A DNA stretch of 61,636 bases from Abditibacteriaceae bacterium (GTDB lineage: Bacteria; Armatimonadota; Abditibacteriia; Abditibacteriales; Abditibacteriaceae), in assembly GCA_031425655.1 (NCBI GenBank), contig JANPJS010000292.1, forward strand, positions 1 through 61,636, in the 5' to 3' direction. Positions within the stretch are counted from its first letter, which is position 1; each line of letters starts with the position of its first letter. The notes under the pieces were generated by a model that made no database searches, was not told where the DNA came from, and was given only the letters and a program-made list of their open reading frames with translations. Made by a program: the position numbers and the translations under genes. Shown in pieces: positions 1-9,858 of the stretch.

Positions 1-123
1 GGCGGAAGGATGAGGGATGAGGGCGGAAGGATGAAATTCGGCGCGTTGCGCCGTTTGACCTCGCGCCGCAGGCGCTTTTTCATCCCTCCGCCCTCATCCC
101 TCATCCCTCCGCCCTCATCCCTT
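1..123. repeat. Heptamer-based inverted repeat (GGATGAG/GGCGGAA units versus CTCATCC/CCTCCGC units), probably cut by the window start
   Basis: 1-36 ggcggaaggatgagggatgagggcggaaggatgaaa is nearly the reverse complement of the tandem units at 78-123. It overlaps the stop codon of the HD-GYP gene. Confidence 0.75.
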
Positions 124-1908
124 CTGCGGCGGTGTGCAGGCTGCGTCGGGCGATTCATCGGTGCCCAAGATTTCGTAGATTTTTTGGCTGATGAATAAAT
201 CCACTACGTCGCTGTCGAGTTCGCCGGAAGCGGCTTCGCGGCGCAGGATGTCTAAAGCGCGCGTAATGGCCATCGGGTTTTTGTAAGGCCGTTGAGCGGT
301 GAGCGCCTCGAAGATGTCGGCGACGGTCATCATGCGCGTTTCGAGGCGTATTTCGGGCGCCGTCACGCCGCGCGGATAGCCTTTGCCGTTCAGCTTTTCG
401 TGATGTCCCCACGCGATCACAGGAATGCGCGCGTATTCTTCCGTCCAGCGAATTTTCTTCAAAAATTCATACGAAAGCTGGGCGTGGTCTTTTACTTTTT
501 GAAACTCATCATGCGTCAGACTGCCTTTGCGGATGCTGAGTGCGACGACTTCGTCGGCATCGAGAATCGGCTGGCGCCGTCCGGTTTCGGTTTCGTAAGT
601 CATCTGCGCCAAACGCTGCACCAATTCCTGCTGGCGAGCGAATTCGTCATCGGGCAAAAACGTCACGGCGGGGTCGTTGGCGCGCAGCAGCATCTGCAAA
701 AGAACGCGAAGGTCTTCTAATTCGGCGCTCAGTTGTGCTTCCAAACGCAGGCAAACGGCTTCGGCTTCGGCGCGCGATTCGTGTTCGCGCAGCGCCCGCG
801 CCATTTCCAGTGCATAATGCGCTCGCCTTTCCTGACGCAGCGAGAAAAGCCGGCCTTTGACTTTTTCAAAATCCGCCGGCTGCAACTTGTGGCTTTTGGT
901 GAGCAGATGCTCCGGCACGCCGATTTTCCCGAAGTCGTGCAATAGCCCGGCATAGCGCAGAGCTTCCAGTTCCAGCGGCGGGAACTTTACGTCTTTGAAA
1001 GGGCCGTCCGTCGCGGCGTGCGCGGCTTGGGCCATCGCCACCGTTAAAGCCGTGACGCGCACCGAATGGCCGCTGGTGCAAGGGTCGCGGTCTTCAATGG
1101 CGCTCGCCGAAGCCAAAACGAACGACTCAAACAAAGCGCGAATGCTTTCCACAAAGCGGCTGTTTTCAATGGCAACGGAAGCTTGTGACGCTAAGCTGGC
1201 GGCCATGTCTATGAGCGTGCCGTCGAAGGCCATTACTTCGCGCGTGACTATGGATTCGTCCAACAATTTGGCATCGCGGTGGCGCTTGCGGTTGATAAGC
1301 TGCAACACGCCGAGCATTCCGCCTTTATGATTGCGCATCGGCACGACCAGCATACTTTTGGTGCGATAGCCAAATTCGCGGTCGAAGGACGGGTTGAATT
1401 GATAAGGCGCATTGGCCGGCAAATGATAAACGTCCTCAAAGCACAGCGTTTGGCCGGTCAGCGCGACGTAACCGGCCAGATTGGTTGGGCCAACGGGAAA
1501 AGTGCGCGTTTTGTCAACGTGAATCGAATCGTTTTGTGCGTCGTAAAAATAAAGCGTGTCGTCGGCGGCATTGGCGGTGCCGGAATTGTTGACAAGATAA
1601 AGGCTGCCCGCATCGGCGCCGGTCAGTTCGCGCGCTTTGGATAAAATCAGCTTGATAAGCTGGTCAATATCGCGCACCGCCGAAAGCGCCAGGCCGATTT
1701 CGTTGAGCAATTTCAATCGCTCCTCGAAATGCAGAGCGGCTTCAGCCTGCTCGAAATCAATAGACGGCAAAAGGTCGTTCAACGCGGCGTCTAATTCGCG
1801 CCGCGCTGCCCGTTCCATCACATCGTCAGTTAAATACTCGCGCACTGCGTTCACTACTCCGCAAGAAGGACTACTGCTGATTTTGCCACAGAACGCCTCA
1901 CCGGGCAT
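115..1908 (-). CDS. GAF + HD-GYP domain protein (c-di-GMP phosphodiesterase); true start may be downstream (1854-1818)
   Basis: GAF-like region (ADAGSLYL, YRTKSMLVVPM, GVLQLIN); HD motif LLHDFGKIG; HHEKLNGKGYP; VADIFEALTAQRPYK. Confidence 0.92.
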   Translation of the reverse strand: MPGEAFCGKISSSPSCGVVNAVREYLTDDVMERAARRELDAALNDLLPSIDFEQAEAALHFEERLKLLNEIGLALSAVRDIDQLIKLILSKARELTGADAGSLYLVNNSGTANAADDTLYFYDAQNDSIHVDKTRTFPVGPTNLAGYVALTGQTLCFEDVYHLPANAPYQFNPSFDREFGYRTKSMLVVPMRNHKGGMLGVLQLINRKRHRDAKLLDESIVTREVMAFDGTLIDMAASLASQASVAIENSRFVESIRALFESFVLASASAIEDRDPCTSGHSVRVTALTVAMAQAAHAATDGPFKDVKFPPLELEALRYAGLLHDFGKIGVPEHLLTKSHKLQPADFEKVKGRLFSLRQERRAHYALEMARALREHESRAEAEAVCLRLEAQLSAELEDLRVLLQMLLRANDPAVTFLPDDEFARQQELVQRLAQMTYETETGRRQPILDADEVVALSIRKGSLTHDEFQKVKDHAQLSYEFLKKIRWTEEYARIPVIAWGHHEKLNGKGYPRGVTAPEIRLETRMMTVADIFEALTAQRPYKNPMAITRALDILRREAASGELDSDVVDLFISQKIYEILGTDESPDAACTPPQKG

Positions 1909-1950
1909 TGAAATACCCGATGACAGAACCGAAAATTGCGAGGCAGGCCT

Positions 1951-2385
1951 TTAATCGAGACCGCCTTTATAATCCCCGGCTTCGGCCAAGTCATCAATCG
2001 GTTCGTTTGGTTCTTTAGCCGGCTCTATCCAACCGCCGTTTTTTCGCCGTTCTTTTTTGCGGCGCTCGTTTTCGCCCTGACGGCGATCTGCGCCGGCTCG
2101 TCGCTCTTCATCGCGCCGTTCGTTGTCGCGCCGGTCGTCGAGCCTGCGGTTGCCGGCGCGCCAGTCCAGAGACGGCCAGACTCCGCCATCCTCGCGTTTA
2201 AGTTCGGGGTCGCTCAGGTGCGCCATCGCGGCGCGGCGCGCTTCCTGCCGGCGCTCGTCATCGCGCCGCTCCTGTTCGCGTCGGTCTTCCTCTTCGCGGC
2301 GCTCGACTTGCCGCCGCTCGTTTTGGCGTCGTTCCGGCGCCGGGTTTTGCCCCGCTTCGTGGTCGTCGGCGGATTGTTGGCTCAT
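1951..2385 (-). CDS. Small Arg/Glu-rich protein with 12 [DE]RR motifs in two blocks; candidate c-di-GMP binder
   Basis: ATG preceded by AAGGAAAAG; roughly 5-residue periodic ERRxx repeats; same strand and directly upstream of the HD-GYP gene. Confidence 0.7.
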   Translation of the reverse strand: MSQQSADDHEAGQNPAPERRQNERRQVERREEEDRREQERRDDERRQEARRAAMAHLSDPELKREDGGVWPSLDWRAGNRRLDDRRDNERRDEERRAGADRRQGENERRKKERRKNGGWIEPAKEPNEPIDDLAEAGDYKGGLD

Positions 2386-2594
2386 AACTTTTCCTTTTAA
2401 AAAGGCGGGCTACAGCATCGCTTTAGTATGCCCGCTCGTTTTGCGGCGCGCTCAAAACCCGACACGATTCATAGCTGTCGCCATAAACTTCACTGGCGCG
2501 GACGTTGATTTTGCCAAACGCAAGCTGCGTGGACAATTGAGAAGGGGTTTTCAAAGTCTATACAGCGTAAGAGCTGGGCCAAAACAGAAGCACT

Positions 2595-2669
2595 GTCATC
2601 CTGAGCTTGCGAAGGATCTCGGCGTGATGGGTGCGACAAAGCCGAGATCCTTCGCAAGCTCAGGATGAC
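2595..2669. repeat. Palindromic repeat element with 29-bp perfect inverted arms (GTCATCCTGAGC...GAAGGATCT type)
   Basis: 2595-2623 gtcatcctgagcttgcgaaggatctcggc is the exact reverse complement of 2641-2669; 17-nt loop. Confidence 0.9.
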
Positions 2670-2729
2670 GAAACTCTTATTTTCTGGCTTGATTAGGACT
2701 TTGCAAACTGATTCTTAGAAGGGATTTTC

Positions 2730-4589
2730 ATGAACCAGTCTTTGCCAAACGTAGAAGTGCGCCCAACTTATGCGGCGCTATGCCGCGAAGTCGCGGCGCA
2801 AATTGCGGCGCTGATTCGACGCAAACCGAACGCGGTTTTAGGACTCGCCACCGGCACAACGCCGATTGGCGTTTACGAAGAATTGGCACGTTTGCATCGC
2901 GCGGAAAATCTTGATTTTTCGCGCGTAATCACGTTCAATTTGGACGAATATTTTCCCCTCGCGCCAGACGCGCCGCAAAGCTATCATCGCTTCATGCACG
3001 AGCATTTATTTGGCCATATCAACTGCCAAAACTGGCACGTTCCCGATGGCCGCAAGCGCGACCGCGCGCTCGTGGAAGCCGATTGCGCGGCTTATGAAGC
3101 GCTGATTTCGCAATCCGGCGGACTGGATTTTCAACTGCTGGGCATCGGACGCACCGGGCACATCGGCTTCAATGAGCCGGGCAGCGCGCAGGATTCGCGC
3201 ACGCGCCTCGTCACACTCGATTCGGTCACGCGCGCCGATGCCGCCGAAGCGTTCGGCGGCCTGGAAAACGTGCCGGCGCGGGCGATTACGATGGGAATCG
3301 GCTCGATTTTGCAGGCGCGCGAAATCGTGGTCATGGCCACGGGCGCTCGCAAAGCCGAAATCGTGAAATTGGCGCTCGAAGGTAAAATCACCTCGAAAGT
3401 GCCCGCCAGTTTTCTGCGTGAACACGCGCACGCGACGTGGTTTCTCGACGACGCAGCCGCCGCAGAGCTTACGGTTTTCGCGCGTCCGTGGCACTTGAAC
3501 GATGCCGATTTCAGCGATGCCGCCTTGCGTCGTCGCACCTTGATTTCCGTCTCGCTGGAAATGCAAAAGCCATTGGGCAAGCTCGCCGCTGCTGATTTGC
3601 GCGAATTCGGCGCATCGCGTTTGGCGCGCGAAGTTGCTTCGCTCGAAGCCGCGTTGCAGGAAGTTGAACTTGACTTGAAAGCGTGTTTGGACGACGAAAC
3701 GCATTTGCCGCGCGACAAGAAAATCTTCTGTTTGTCGCCGCATCCCGACGACGATGTGATTTGCTGCGGCGCCACGCTTTTGAAACTCGCCGCGCGCGGC
3801 AACGCCGTGACAATTGCTTATGGCGTCAGTGGCTCGAATGCGGTCCGCGACAAAGACGTGCTGGCGCTGCTTCGCGCCCGCCATCCGCGATTGGTTTCGT
3901 TTATCGAAAGCGAAATCGAGCAGGGCAATCTGGCCGGTAAGACGTTTGAAGAAGCGTTCGCGCTGGTGCGTCAGGAGATTTTTGAGCGCGAAATTGGCGC
4001 GCCCGATGGCCGTCTGCTCACCAATTTGAAGCGCCTTTTGCGCGAAGGCGAAGCCGCCGATGCTTGCCGGCAAATGGGCGCGCGACCTGTTTTTCTCGAT
4101 TTGCCCTTTTACCACACCGGACAAGTGCAAAAATCGCCGATTGGCGATGCCGACACGCAAAAAATGCTCGCCGCTTTGCGCGCCGCCACGCCCGATTTGA
4201 TATTGCTGACCGGCGAGAAAAACGATCCGCATGGCACGCACGAAATGTGCGAGCAAGCGTTCAATGAGGCCGCGAAAATCTATCGAGGCGAAGGCGGCGC
4301 GCCGTTTGAAAAATGGAATTATCGCGGCGCATGGAACGAATACGAAGCGTGGCAGGGCAGTTATTTCAACGTCTTCGATAAAGCGTTGATGGAGCGCAAA
4401 ATCGGCTTGATTCTCGACCATATTTCGCAGCTTGACCCGGTTTTTCCCGGCGCAAGCGACCCGCGCGAATTCTGGGAGCGCGCCCGCGACCGCAATCGTG
4501 CCACCGCGCGCCAACTGCAAACTCTGGGCGTTTTGCCGGCCTCGCGCTCGTTCGCGCCGCTTTACGTCGAAGTGTTTCAGGCAGTGTAA
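2730..4589 (+). CDS. nagB: Glucosamine-6-phosphate deaminase fused to a C-terminal PIG-L/LmbE-like deacetylase domain
   Basis: LGLATGTTP, TFNLDEY, LLGIGRTGHIGFNEPGS, AITMGIGSI; C-terminal SPHPDDDVI and DPHGTH. Confidence 0.92.
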   Translation: MNQSLPNVEVRPTYAALCREVAAQIAALIRRKPNAVLGLATGTTPIGVYEELARLHRAENLDFSRVITFNLDEYFPLAPDAPQSYHRFMHEHLFGHINCQNWHVPDGRKRDRALVEADCAAYEALISQSGGLDFQLLGIGRTGHIGFNEPGSAQDSRTRLVTLDSVTRADAAEAFGGLENVPARAITMGIGSILQAREIVVMATGARKAEIVKLALEGKITSKVPASFLREHAHATWFLDDAAAAELTVFARPWHLNDADFSDAALRRRTLISVSLEMQKPLGKLAAADLREFGASRLAREVASLEAALQEVELDLKACLDDETHLPRDKKIFCLSPHPDDDVICCGATLLKLAARGNAVTIAYGVSGSNAVRDKDVLALLRARHPRLVSFIESEIEQGNLAGKTFEEAFALVRQEIFEREIGAPDGRLLTNLKRLLREGEAADACRQMGARPVFLDLPFYHTGQVQKSPIGDADTQKMLAALRAATPDLILLTGEKNDPHGTHEMCEQAFNEAAKIYRGEGGAPFEKWNYRGAWNEYEAWQGSYFNVFDKALMERKIGLILDHISQLDPVFPGASDPREFWERARDRNRATARQLQTLGVLPASRSFAPLYVEVFQAV

Positions 4590-4594
4590 GTGTT

Positions 4595-5374
4595 CTATTC
4601 CAACTCGAAACTCACCGTAACGCGCGCATTGACGGCGATTTGGCCGGGCGCGGCCAGGCTGTCGGGTGAAGCGCCGCCGCTGGGGTTGGAAGCCGCTATT
4701 TGCACTTGTGCGTTCATGGCCATGCCGCCTCCGTAGGGCGAGCCGCCGTAATAGGAATCGCCCCACCACGGGCTATACCACGACCACCAGCCCGAAGAAT
4801 CTTCACGAATCGAGTAAGGCTTGCCGACTTTAGCGCCGAGCGCGCCGGTCAGCGCGATGGCTTTTTCGTGCGCGGCTTTAATCGCCAGATCGCGCGCCTG
4901 ATCGCGGTATTTGCGAAGTTGCGTGGTGCGAAACTGGATGCTCTGAACCGAGTTGGCGCGGTTGTTTTGCACCATACGCGTTAAAACTTCCTCGAATTTG
5001 TCGAGTTTACGCAGCGTCACAACGGCGCGGCGGCGCACTTTGAAGGGGCGACTTGGCTGCCAACCCGGCTGGATGCTCAGAAAATCCACCCGCACGTCTT
5101 TGCGATCAATTTTGAATTGGTCGGCGATAGCCAAAACGCCTTTGAGCCGGTCGTTGTTGAGCTGTTTGGCTTTGGCGAGGTCGTTGTCGGAGGTTTCCAG
5201 CCCCAAAGTCAGTGCCACTTCGTCGGGCGTTACCTTGACTTCAGCATCGCCGGAAACAGTGATGAGACGGTGCTGCTGTGGCAGCACGAGCGTGGTTTCC
5301 TGAGCCGCGACGGGAAGCGCCGCCAAAATACAGACGGCAACCGGCACGAAACGAAGACTAAAATGAGCGCGCAT
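4595..5374 (-). CDS. SIMPL (DUF541/YggE-like) periplasmic protein
   Basis: Signal peptide; ITVSGDAEVKVTPD, ARDLAIKAAHEKA, PGQIAVNARVTVSFEL. Confidence 0.88.
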   Translation of the reverse strand: MRAHFSLRFVPVAVCILAALPVAAQETTLVLPQQHRLITVSGDAEVKVTPDEVALTLGLETSDNDLAKAKQLNNDRLKGVLAIADQFKIDRKDVRVDFLSIQPGWQPSRPFKVRRRAVVTLRKLDKFEEVLTRMVQNNRANSVQSIQFRTTQLRKYRDQARDLAIKAAHEKAIALTGALGAKVGKPYSIREDSSGWWSWYSPWWGDSYYGGSPYGGGMAMNAQVQIAASNPSGGASPDSLAAPGQIAVNARVTVSFELE

Positions 5375-5509
5375 GATGAATCTCCTTGAAGCAAATCAGC
5401 GTGCATTTTGCGTCGGCGCGCAGCTCTTGGCAAGTGGATTTTTAACAGCCTTGCTGCGCCGAGGGAACGCGCCTCTCTTAAACTGGACAGGACTTGCAAA
5501 AGGATTGAC

Positions 5510-6493
5510 ATGGATTCGATATTTGAAACGGGTTTATCGGCGGTGCGCGCGGCGGCGCGATTGTGCGGGTCGGTGCGCGCTGAAATGGTCGAAAGCGGCA
5601 CCTCGCAGCTCGATAAAAGCGACAAAAGCCCGGTTACCGTCGCCGATTTCGGCGCGCAGGCCGTGGTTTGCAAAATTATCAGCGCACAGTTTCCACATGA
5701 TGCTATTGTCGGCGAAGAAGGCAGCGCAGAGTTGCGCGAAGCCAAAAACGCCGCGCATTTGCAAAGCGTGCTGCGCTTTGTGAACGCCGAACTTGCGGGC
5801 GAAAGCGCGTGCGATGCCGAAACGGTGTGCGCTTGGATTGACAAAGGCGCGGGCGAAGCGAGCGGGCGTTATTGGGTGCTTGATCCGATTGACGGCACCA
5901 AAGGTTTTCTGCGCAACGACCAATACGCCGTGGCGCTGGCTTTGATTGAAAACGGCGTTGTCGAATGGGGTTTTCTGGCGTGTCCGGCTTTGCCGCGAGC
6001 GGGCGGAGCGGGTTCGATTTTCGTGGCGCAACGTGGACACGGCGCCCGCGAATTTTCTCTCGAAGGCGAGGAACTCGGCGCGGTTCGCGTCAGCGCGCAA
6101 AGCGACATCACGCAGGCGCGTTTGGCGGAAAGCGTCGAATCGGCGCACACCAATCAGGGTTTGGCGGCGCAACTGAGCGCCAAACTCGGTATTGTCGCCG
6201 AAGCGGTTCGCATGGATTCGCAGGCGAAATACGCCGCCGTATCGCGCGGGGACGCTGATATTTATTTGCGCTCACCGAACGCGAAAACCCCCGATTATCG
6301 TGAAAATATTTGGGATCACGCCGCCGGATTTATTGTGATGCAGGAAGCCGGCGGACGCGTGACCGACGTTTACGGCAATGCGCTCGATTGGTCGCAAGGC
6401 CGCCGATTGGAAAACAACATCGGCGTTTTGGCCACAAACGGCGTGCTGCACGATCAAGTCGTCGCGGAACTGGCGAAATTGCTGGACAAGTAA
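5510..6493 (+). CDS. 3'(2'),5'-bisphosphate nucleotidase, HAL2/SAL1-like (inositol monophosphatase superfamily)
   Basis: KSDKSPVTVADFGAQA, WVLDPIDGTKGFLR, MDSQAKY, ENIWDHAAG; ATG at 5510 after AAAGGA. Confidence 0.92.
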   Translation: MDSIFETGLSAVRAAARLCGSVRAEMVESGTSQLDKSDKSPVTVADFGAQAVVCKIISAQFPHDAIVGEEGSAELREAKNAAHLQSVLRFVNAELAGESACDAETVCAWIDKGAGEASGRYWVLDPIDGTKGFLRNDQYAVALALIENGVVEWGFLACPALPRAGGAGSIFVAQRGHGAREFSLEGEELGAVRVSAQSDITQARLAESVESAHTNQGLAAQLSAKLGIVAEAVRMDSQAKYAAVSRGDADIYLRSPNAKTPDYRENIWDHAAGFIVMQEAGGRVTDVYGNALDWSQGRRLENNIGVLATNGVLHDQVVAELAKLLDK

Positions 6494-6503
6494 CATCAAG
6501 TAA

Positions 6504-6527
6504 GGGCGTAACAGGTTACGCCCCTAC
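6504..6527 (-). repeat. Single GTAG-type REP-like hairpin
   Basis: Reverse complement reads GTAG-GGGCGTAAC-CT-GTTACGCCC. Confidence 0.6.
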
Positions 6528-6540
6528 AATTCTCAAAACT

Positions 6541-7416
6541 ATGACTATTAAGGCCGCTTCGAGCCGTTCGCCGCTGCAATCGCTGCAAGAATATGGACGC
6601 GGGGTGGCCGGCGGGCTGATTTTCAGCTTGCCGCTGCTTTACACCATGGAAATGTGGTGGCAGGGCTTCAGCGCGCATCCGAGCCGTTTGTTGCTTTATG
6701 TCTTCGCCACGTTTGGGTTATTGCTGGGTTACAATCGCTTTGCCGGATTGCGCCATGATGCCACATTCGCCGAAGTCGTCATTGATTCGGTCGAGGAACT
6801 CGGTCTTGGGCTGGCACTGTCGGGCGCGATTTTGCTGCTTTTAGGGCGTATATCTCCAGGCCAGCCGTTTAATGAAATCATCGGGCAAATCGTCATCGAA
6901 GCGATGCCGGTGGCCATTGGAATTTCGGTCGGCACTGCGCAATTGGGAGGCGGGCAGGGCGACGCGCAAAACGACGGCGGCTCGGAAGGCGACGAATCCG
7001 AATCGGCCTTTGGGCAAATTGCTATCGCGTTGTGCGGCGCCGTGCTTTTTGCCTTCAACGTCGCGCCGACCGAAGAAATCATCTTGTTAGCTGTCGAATC
7101 ATCGCCGTGGCATTTGCTGGCGATGGCATTGGTTTCGTTGTTTTTAGCCGCTTTGATTTTGCACTTCAGCGAATTTCACGGTGCCGAACGCTTCGCGGAA
7201 ACTTCCGGCGCTTTAGATGTCGTCGTAAGCGTAGCCATAACTTATGCCACGGCGCTCGTCGCTTCGGCAGCGCTGTTGTGGTTTTTCGGGCGCTTCGACG
7301 GCGCTGCGCTGCCGGTCTGCGTGGCGCAAACCGTGGTGCTGGGCGTGGCGGGCACGATAGGCGCGTCGGCAGGCCGGCTTTTGCTGCAAACCGGCAGAGG
7401 AAATGAAGGCCAATGA
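6541..7416 (+). CDS. TIGR02587 family (DUF2391) integral membrane protein
   Basis: RGVAGGLIFSLPLLYTMEMWW, FNVAPTEEI, GASAGRLL; several TM helices; paired with the next gene. Confidence 0.85.
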   Translation: MTIKAASSRSPLQSLQEYGRGVAGGLIFSLPLLYTMEMWWQGFSAHPSRLLLYVFATFGLLLGYNRFAGLRHDATFAEVVIDSVEELGLGLALSGAILLLLGRISPGQPFNEIIGQIVIEAMPVAIGISVGTAQLGGGQGDAQNDGGSEGDESESAFGQIAIALCGAVLFAFNVAPTEEIILLAVESSPWHLLAMALVSLFLAALILHFSEFHGAERFAETSGALDVVVSVAITYATALVASAALLWFFGRFDGAALPVCVAQTVVLGVAGTIGASAGRLLLQTGRGNEGQ

Positions 7417-7856
7417 GCGAATCAGAAACGCAAGATAAATCACAAGAAGAAAAGTCGCCGCCCGCCGTGCAGAAGAACTGGCTGGAATGGACGGTCTTTG
7501 TCTGCGGCCTTTTGCTGACCTTAGCCACAGTCGGGTATTTGGCTTACGATGCGCTCACGCTCGAAGAGAAGCCGCCGTCCATCGCTTTGAAGTTAGGCGA
7601 ACCGCGCATTTTATCCACGCCCGGCGGCGAAAAAAGCTTCATGGTGCCGGTCGAAGCCTTTAATCGCGGACAACAAACTGCCGAAGGCGTGCATATCGAA
7701 GTCAGCGCGAAATTCCCCGGCGCGCCGGAGCAAAGCGCCGATTACGACATCGCGTTTTTGCCGCGAGGCTCGTCGCGCGAAGGCTGGGTCGCCTTCGAGG
7801 GCGACCCCAAACAAGCCAAACTCGATGCGCGCGTGCTCGGCTTCGAAATTCCCTGA
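7413..7856 (+). CDS. TIGR02588-like membrane-anchored protein
   Basis: KNWLEWTVF, NRGQQTAEGVHIEV, IAFLPRGSSREGWVAF; ATGA overlap with the upstream gene. Confidence 0.8.
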   Translation: MSESETQDKSQEEKSPPAVQKNWLEWTVFVCGLLLTLATVGYLAYDALTLEEKPPSIALKLGEPRILSTPGGEKSFMVPVEAFNRGQQTAEGVHIEVSAKFPGAPEQSADYDIAFLPRGSSREGWVAFEGDPKQAKLDARVLGFEIP

Positions 7857-7886
7857 GCGCTTCTTTGGTCGTTCCAAAAAATGCAA

Positions 7887-7984
7887 AATGGAACACGGAT
7901 TACACGGAAACGACACAGATTTACACGGATTTTAAATTGATCCGTGAAAACCCGTGGTCGTTTCCGTGAAATCCGTGTTCCATT
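7887..7984. repeat. GGAACACGGAT-family palindromic element, copy 1
   Basis: Ends aatggaacacggatt ... aatccgtgttccatt with internal 9-mer acacggatt units; related copies at 36831, 38152 and 47219. Confidence 0.85.
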
Positions 7985-7990
7985 AACAAC

Positions 7991-9226
7991 ATGAAGACAA
8001 ACTTCGATAGGAATTCTTTTTTGCCCGACGTTGCGCCCGCGACACAAGCCGTTCACGCCGGAAAAGCGGATTTGCACGGCGCGCGGCCTTCTTCGACGCC
8101 GATTTATGCGTCCAGCGCCTTTCGCAGCGACAGCGCGGCGCAGTTGGATGCGATATTAGGCGGCGAAGCGGGCTTTGTGTATTCGCGCTATGCCAACCCG
8201 ACGACGACGGCGCTGGAAAACGTCATCGCGGCGTTGGAAGGCGCGACGGCGTGCGTGGCGTTTGGCAGCGGCATGGCGGCGCTGCACGGCGCGTTACTCT
8301 CGTGCGGCTTGAAAAGCGGCGACACAGTTTTGTGCGCCGAAGAAATTTACGGCGCCAGCCAATCGCTTATTCAACAATTGCTCGGCCCGCTCGGCGTGCG
8401 ATTGCAATTGGTGGATATTACGGATTTGACGGCAGTAATGGAGGCGCTGGAAGCGGGAAACGTGCGCGTTTTGTTATTCGAGCCGCTTTCCAATCCGCTA
8501 CTCAAAATCGCCGACGTGATGACTTTATGCGATATGGCACGAATGATGGATGCTCTGTCAATCGTGGACGCGACGTTCACGCCGCCGCCTCTGATGCGAG
8601 TTTTGGACGATCACGCCGATTTCGCTTTGCATTCGGCGACGAAGTATTTCGGCGGCCACGGCGACGCGACGGGCGGCGTGGTTTCGGTGCGCGACGAAAA
8701 CCTCGCGGCGAAATTGCGGCAGGTTCAGACGTTGGGCGGCGCGGTTTTAAGCCCGTTTGAAGCGTTTTTGCTGCTGCGCGGCGTCAAAACGCTGCCGCTG
8801 CGAATGCGCGAGCAGTGCCGCAACGCAGCGCACGTCGCAGCGTGGCTCACGGAGCGAGAAGAGGTTTCGCGCGTGTTCTATCCCGGTTTGCAAACTCATC
8901 CGCAGCACGATCTCGCAGCGCGCCTGCTGGAAAAGCAAAACAGCGAGCCGTTATTCGGCGCGATGTTGGCGTTTGAAATCAAAAATGCCGGGCGCGACGA
9001 AGTTTTTCGATTTATGGACGCGTTGCGCTTGGTCGAACCCGTAGCGACGTTGGGCGATGTGCAAAGCGAGGTTTCGTATCCCATTATTTCCAGCCATCGC
9101 GCTTGGAGCGAGGAACGCTTATCACGCGCCGGAATTACGCCGGGCGTGCTGCGTCTTTCAGTCGGCATCGAAGATGTGGCTGATATTATCGCCGATTTGG
9201 AGCAGGCTCTGATTTTATGTCGTTAA
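7991..9226 (+). CDS. PLP-dependent Cys/Met metabolism enzyme (cystathionine gamma-synthase/methionine gamma-lyase family)
   Basis: YSRYANPT, FGSGMAA, HSATKYFGGH (PLP lysine), RGVKTLPLRM, LRLSVGIED. Confidence 0.92.
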   Translation: MKTNFDRNSFLPDVAPATQAVHAGKADLHGARPSSTPIYASSAFRSDSAAQLDAILGGEAGFVYSRYANPTTTALENVIAALEGATACVAFGSGMAALHGALLSCGLKSGDTVLCAEEIYGASQSLIQQLLGPLGVRLQLVDITDLTAVMEALEAGNVRVLLFEPLSNPLLKIADVMTLCDMARMMDALSIVDATFTPPPLMRVLDDHADFALHSATKYFGGHGDATGGVVSVRDENLAAKLRQVQTLGGAVLSPFEAFLLLRGVKTLPLRMREQCRNAAHVAAWLTEREEVSRVFYPGLQTHPQHDLAARLLEKQNSEPLFGAMLAFEIKNAGRDEVFRFMDALRLVEPVATLGDVQSEVSYPIISSHRAWSEERLSRAGITPGVLRLSVGIEDVADIIADLEQALILCR

Positions 9227-9849
9227 ATTCCTGGAGCGAAACCATGCTGCGCGAAGGCACGCAGCAAGCGGAAATTTGGGTCGGGCAGTATGGCTATCAC
9301 GCCGTGGTGCCGACGCTGCTCATTGACCCTGCCGGCGTGCCGTGGGCGTGGGTTTTCCTGATTCTTTTTGCTGGAGCCGCCGAATTGCACGTTCCGGCGA
9401 TGCTGTTTTACGGCTTCGCCATTCTCAGCATTTTCGATCACGCAATTTATTGGCTGGCTTTGAAGGGCGGTCGCCCGTTAGTGGATAAAATCGGGCGGCG
9501 CTTTCCGAAAGTCGCGGTTGCGCTGACTAAATCGGAAGAAGCGATGCGTGGGCGCGGCATCTGGATGGTGACCTTTGGCCGCTATTTGCCGATTGTCGGG
9601 CGCTGGGTGGGCGCCGGCGCCGGGTTAGCCAGAGTTTCGTATGCGCGCTTCGCCCTTTATGATGCGCTCGGCGTCGGCCTCACCACGATTGGTTTCGGTC
9701 TGCCGACGCATCTCGTCGGCGAGCAAATCATGGATAAGCCGTGGTTCCCTCAGGCCGTCGGCGCGACGTTTTTAGTCAGCACCGTTATCACGATTGCCGT
9801 CATTATCTGGCAGGCGGCGCGGGCCAGACAACTGCAAAACGCAAAGTGA
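9217..9849 (+). CDS. DedA family membrane protein
   Basis: AGVPW, DHAIYWL, FGRYLPIV, GAGLARVSYARFALYD; hydrophobic. Confidence 0.8.
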   Translation: MSLNSWSETMLREGTQQAEIWVGQYGYHAVVPTLLIDPAGVPWAWVFLILFAGAAELHVPAMLFYGFAILSIFDHAIYWLALKGGRPLVDKIGRRFPKVAVALTKSEEAMRGRGIWMVTFGRYLPIVGRWVGAGAGLARVSYARFALYDALGVGLTTIGFGLPTHLVGEQIMDKPWFPQAVGATFLVSTVITIAVIIWQAARARQLQNAK

Positions 9850-9858
9850 ATCTTCACG

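Noticed and set aside
1936..2400. Hydrophobic 154-aa plus-strand ORF
   Set aside because: It is antisense to the [DE]RR protein, which has the ATG, the RBS and the operon context. The hydrophobicity follows from complementing charged codons.
3006..4769. 587-aa minus-strand ORF, and similar long antisense ORFs such as 40334-41986, 33317-34390 and 54341-55294
   Set aside because: They are shadows of well-supported genes on the opposite strand in GC-rich DNA and show no recognisable motifs.
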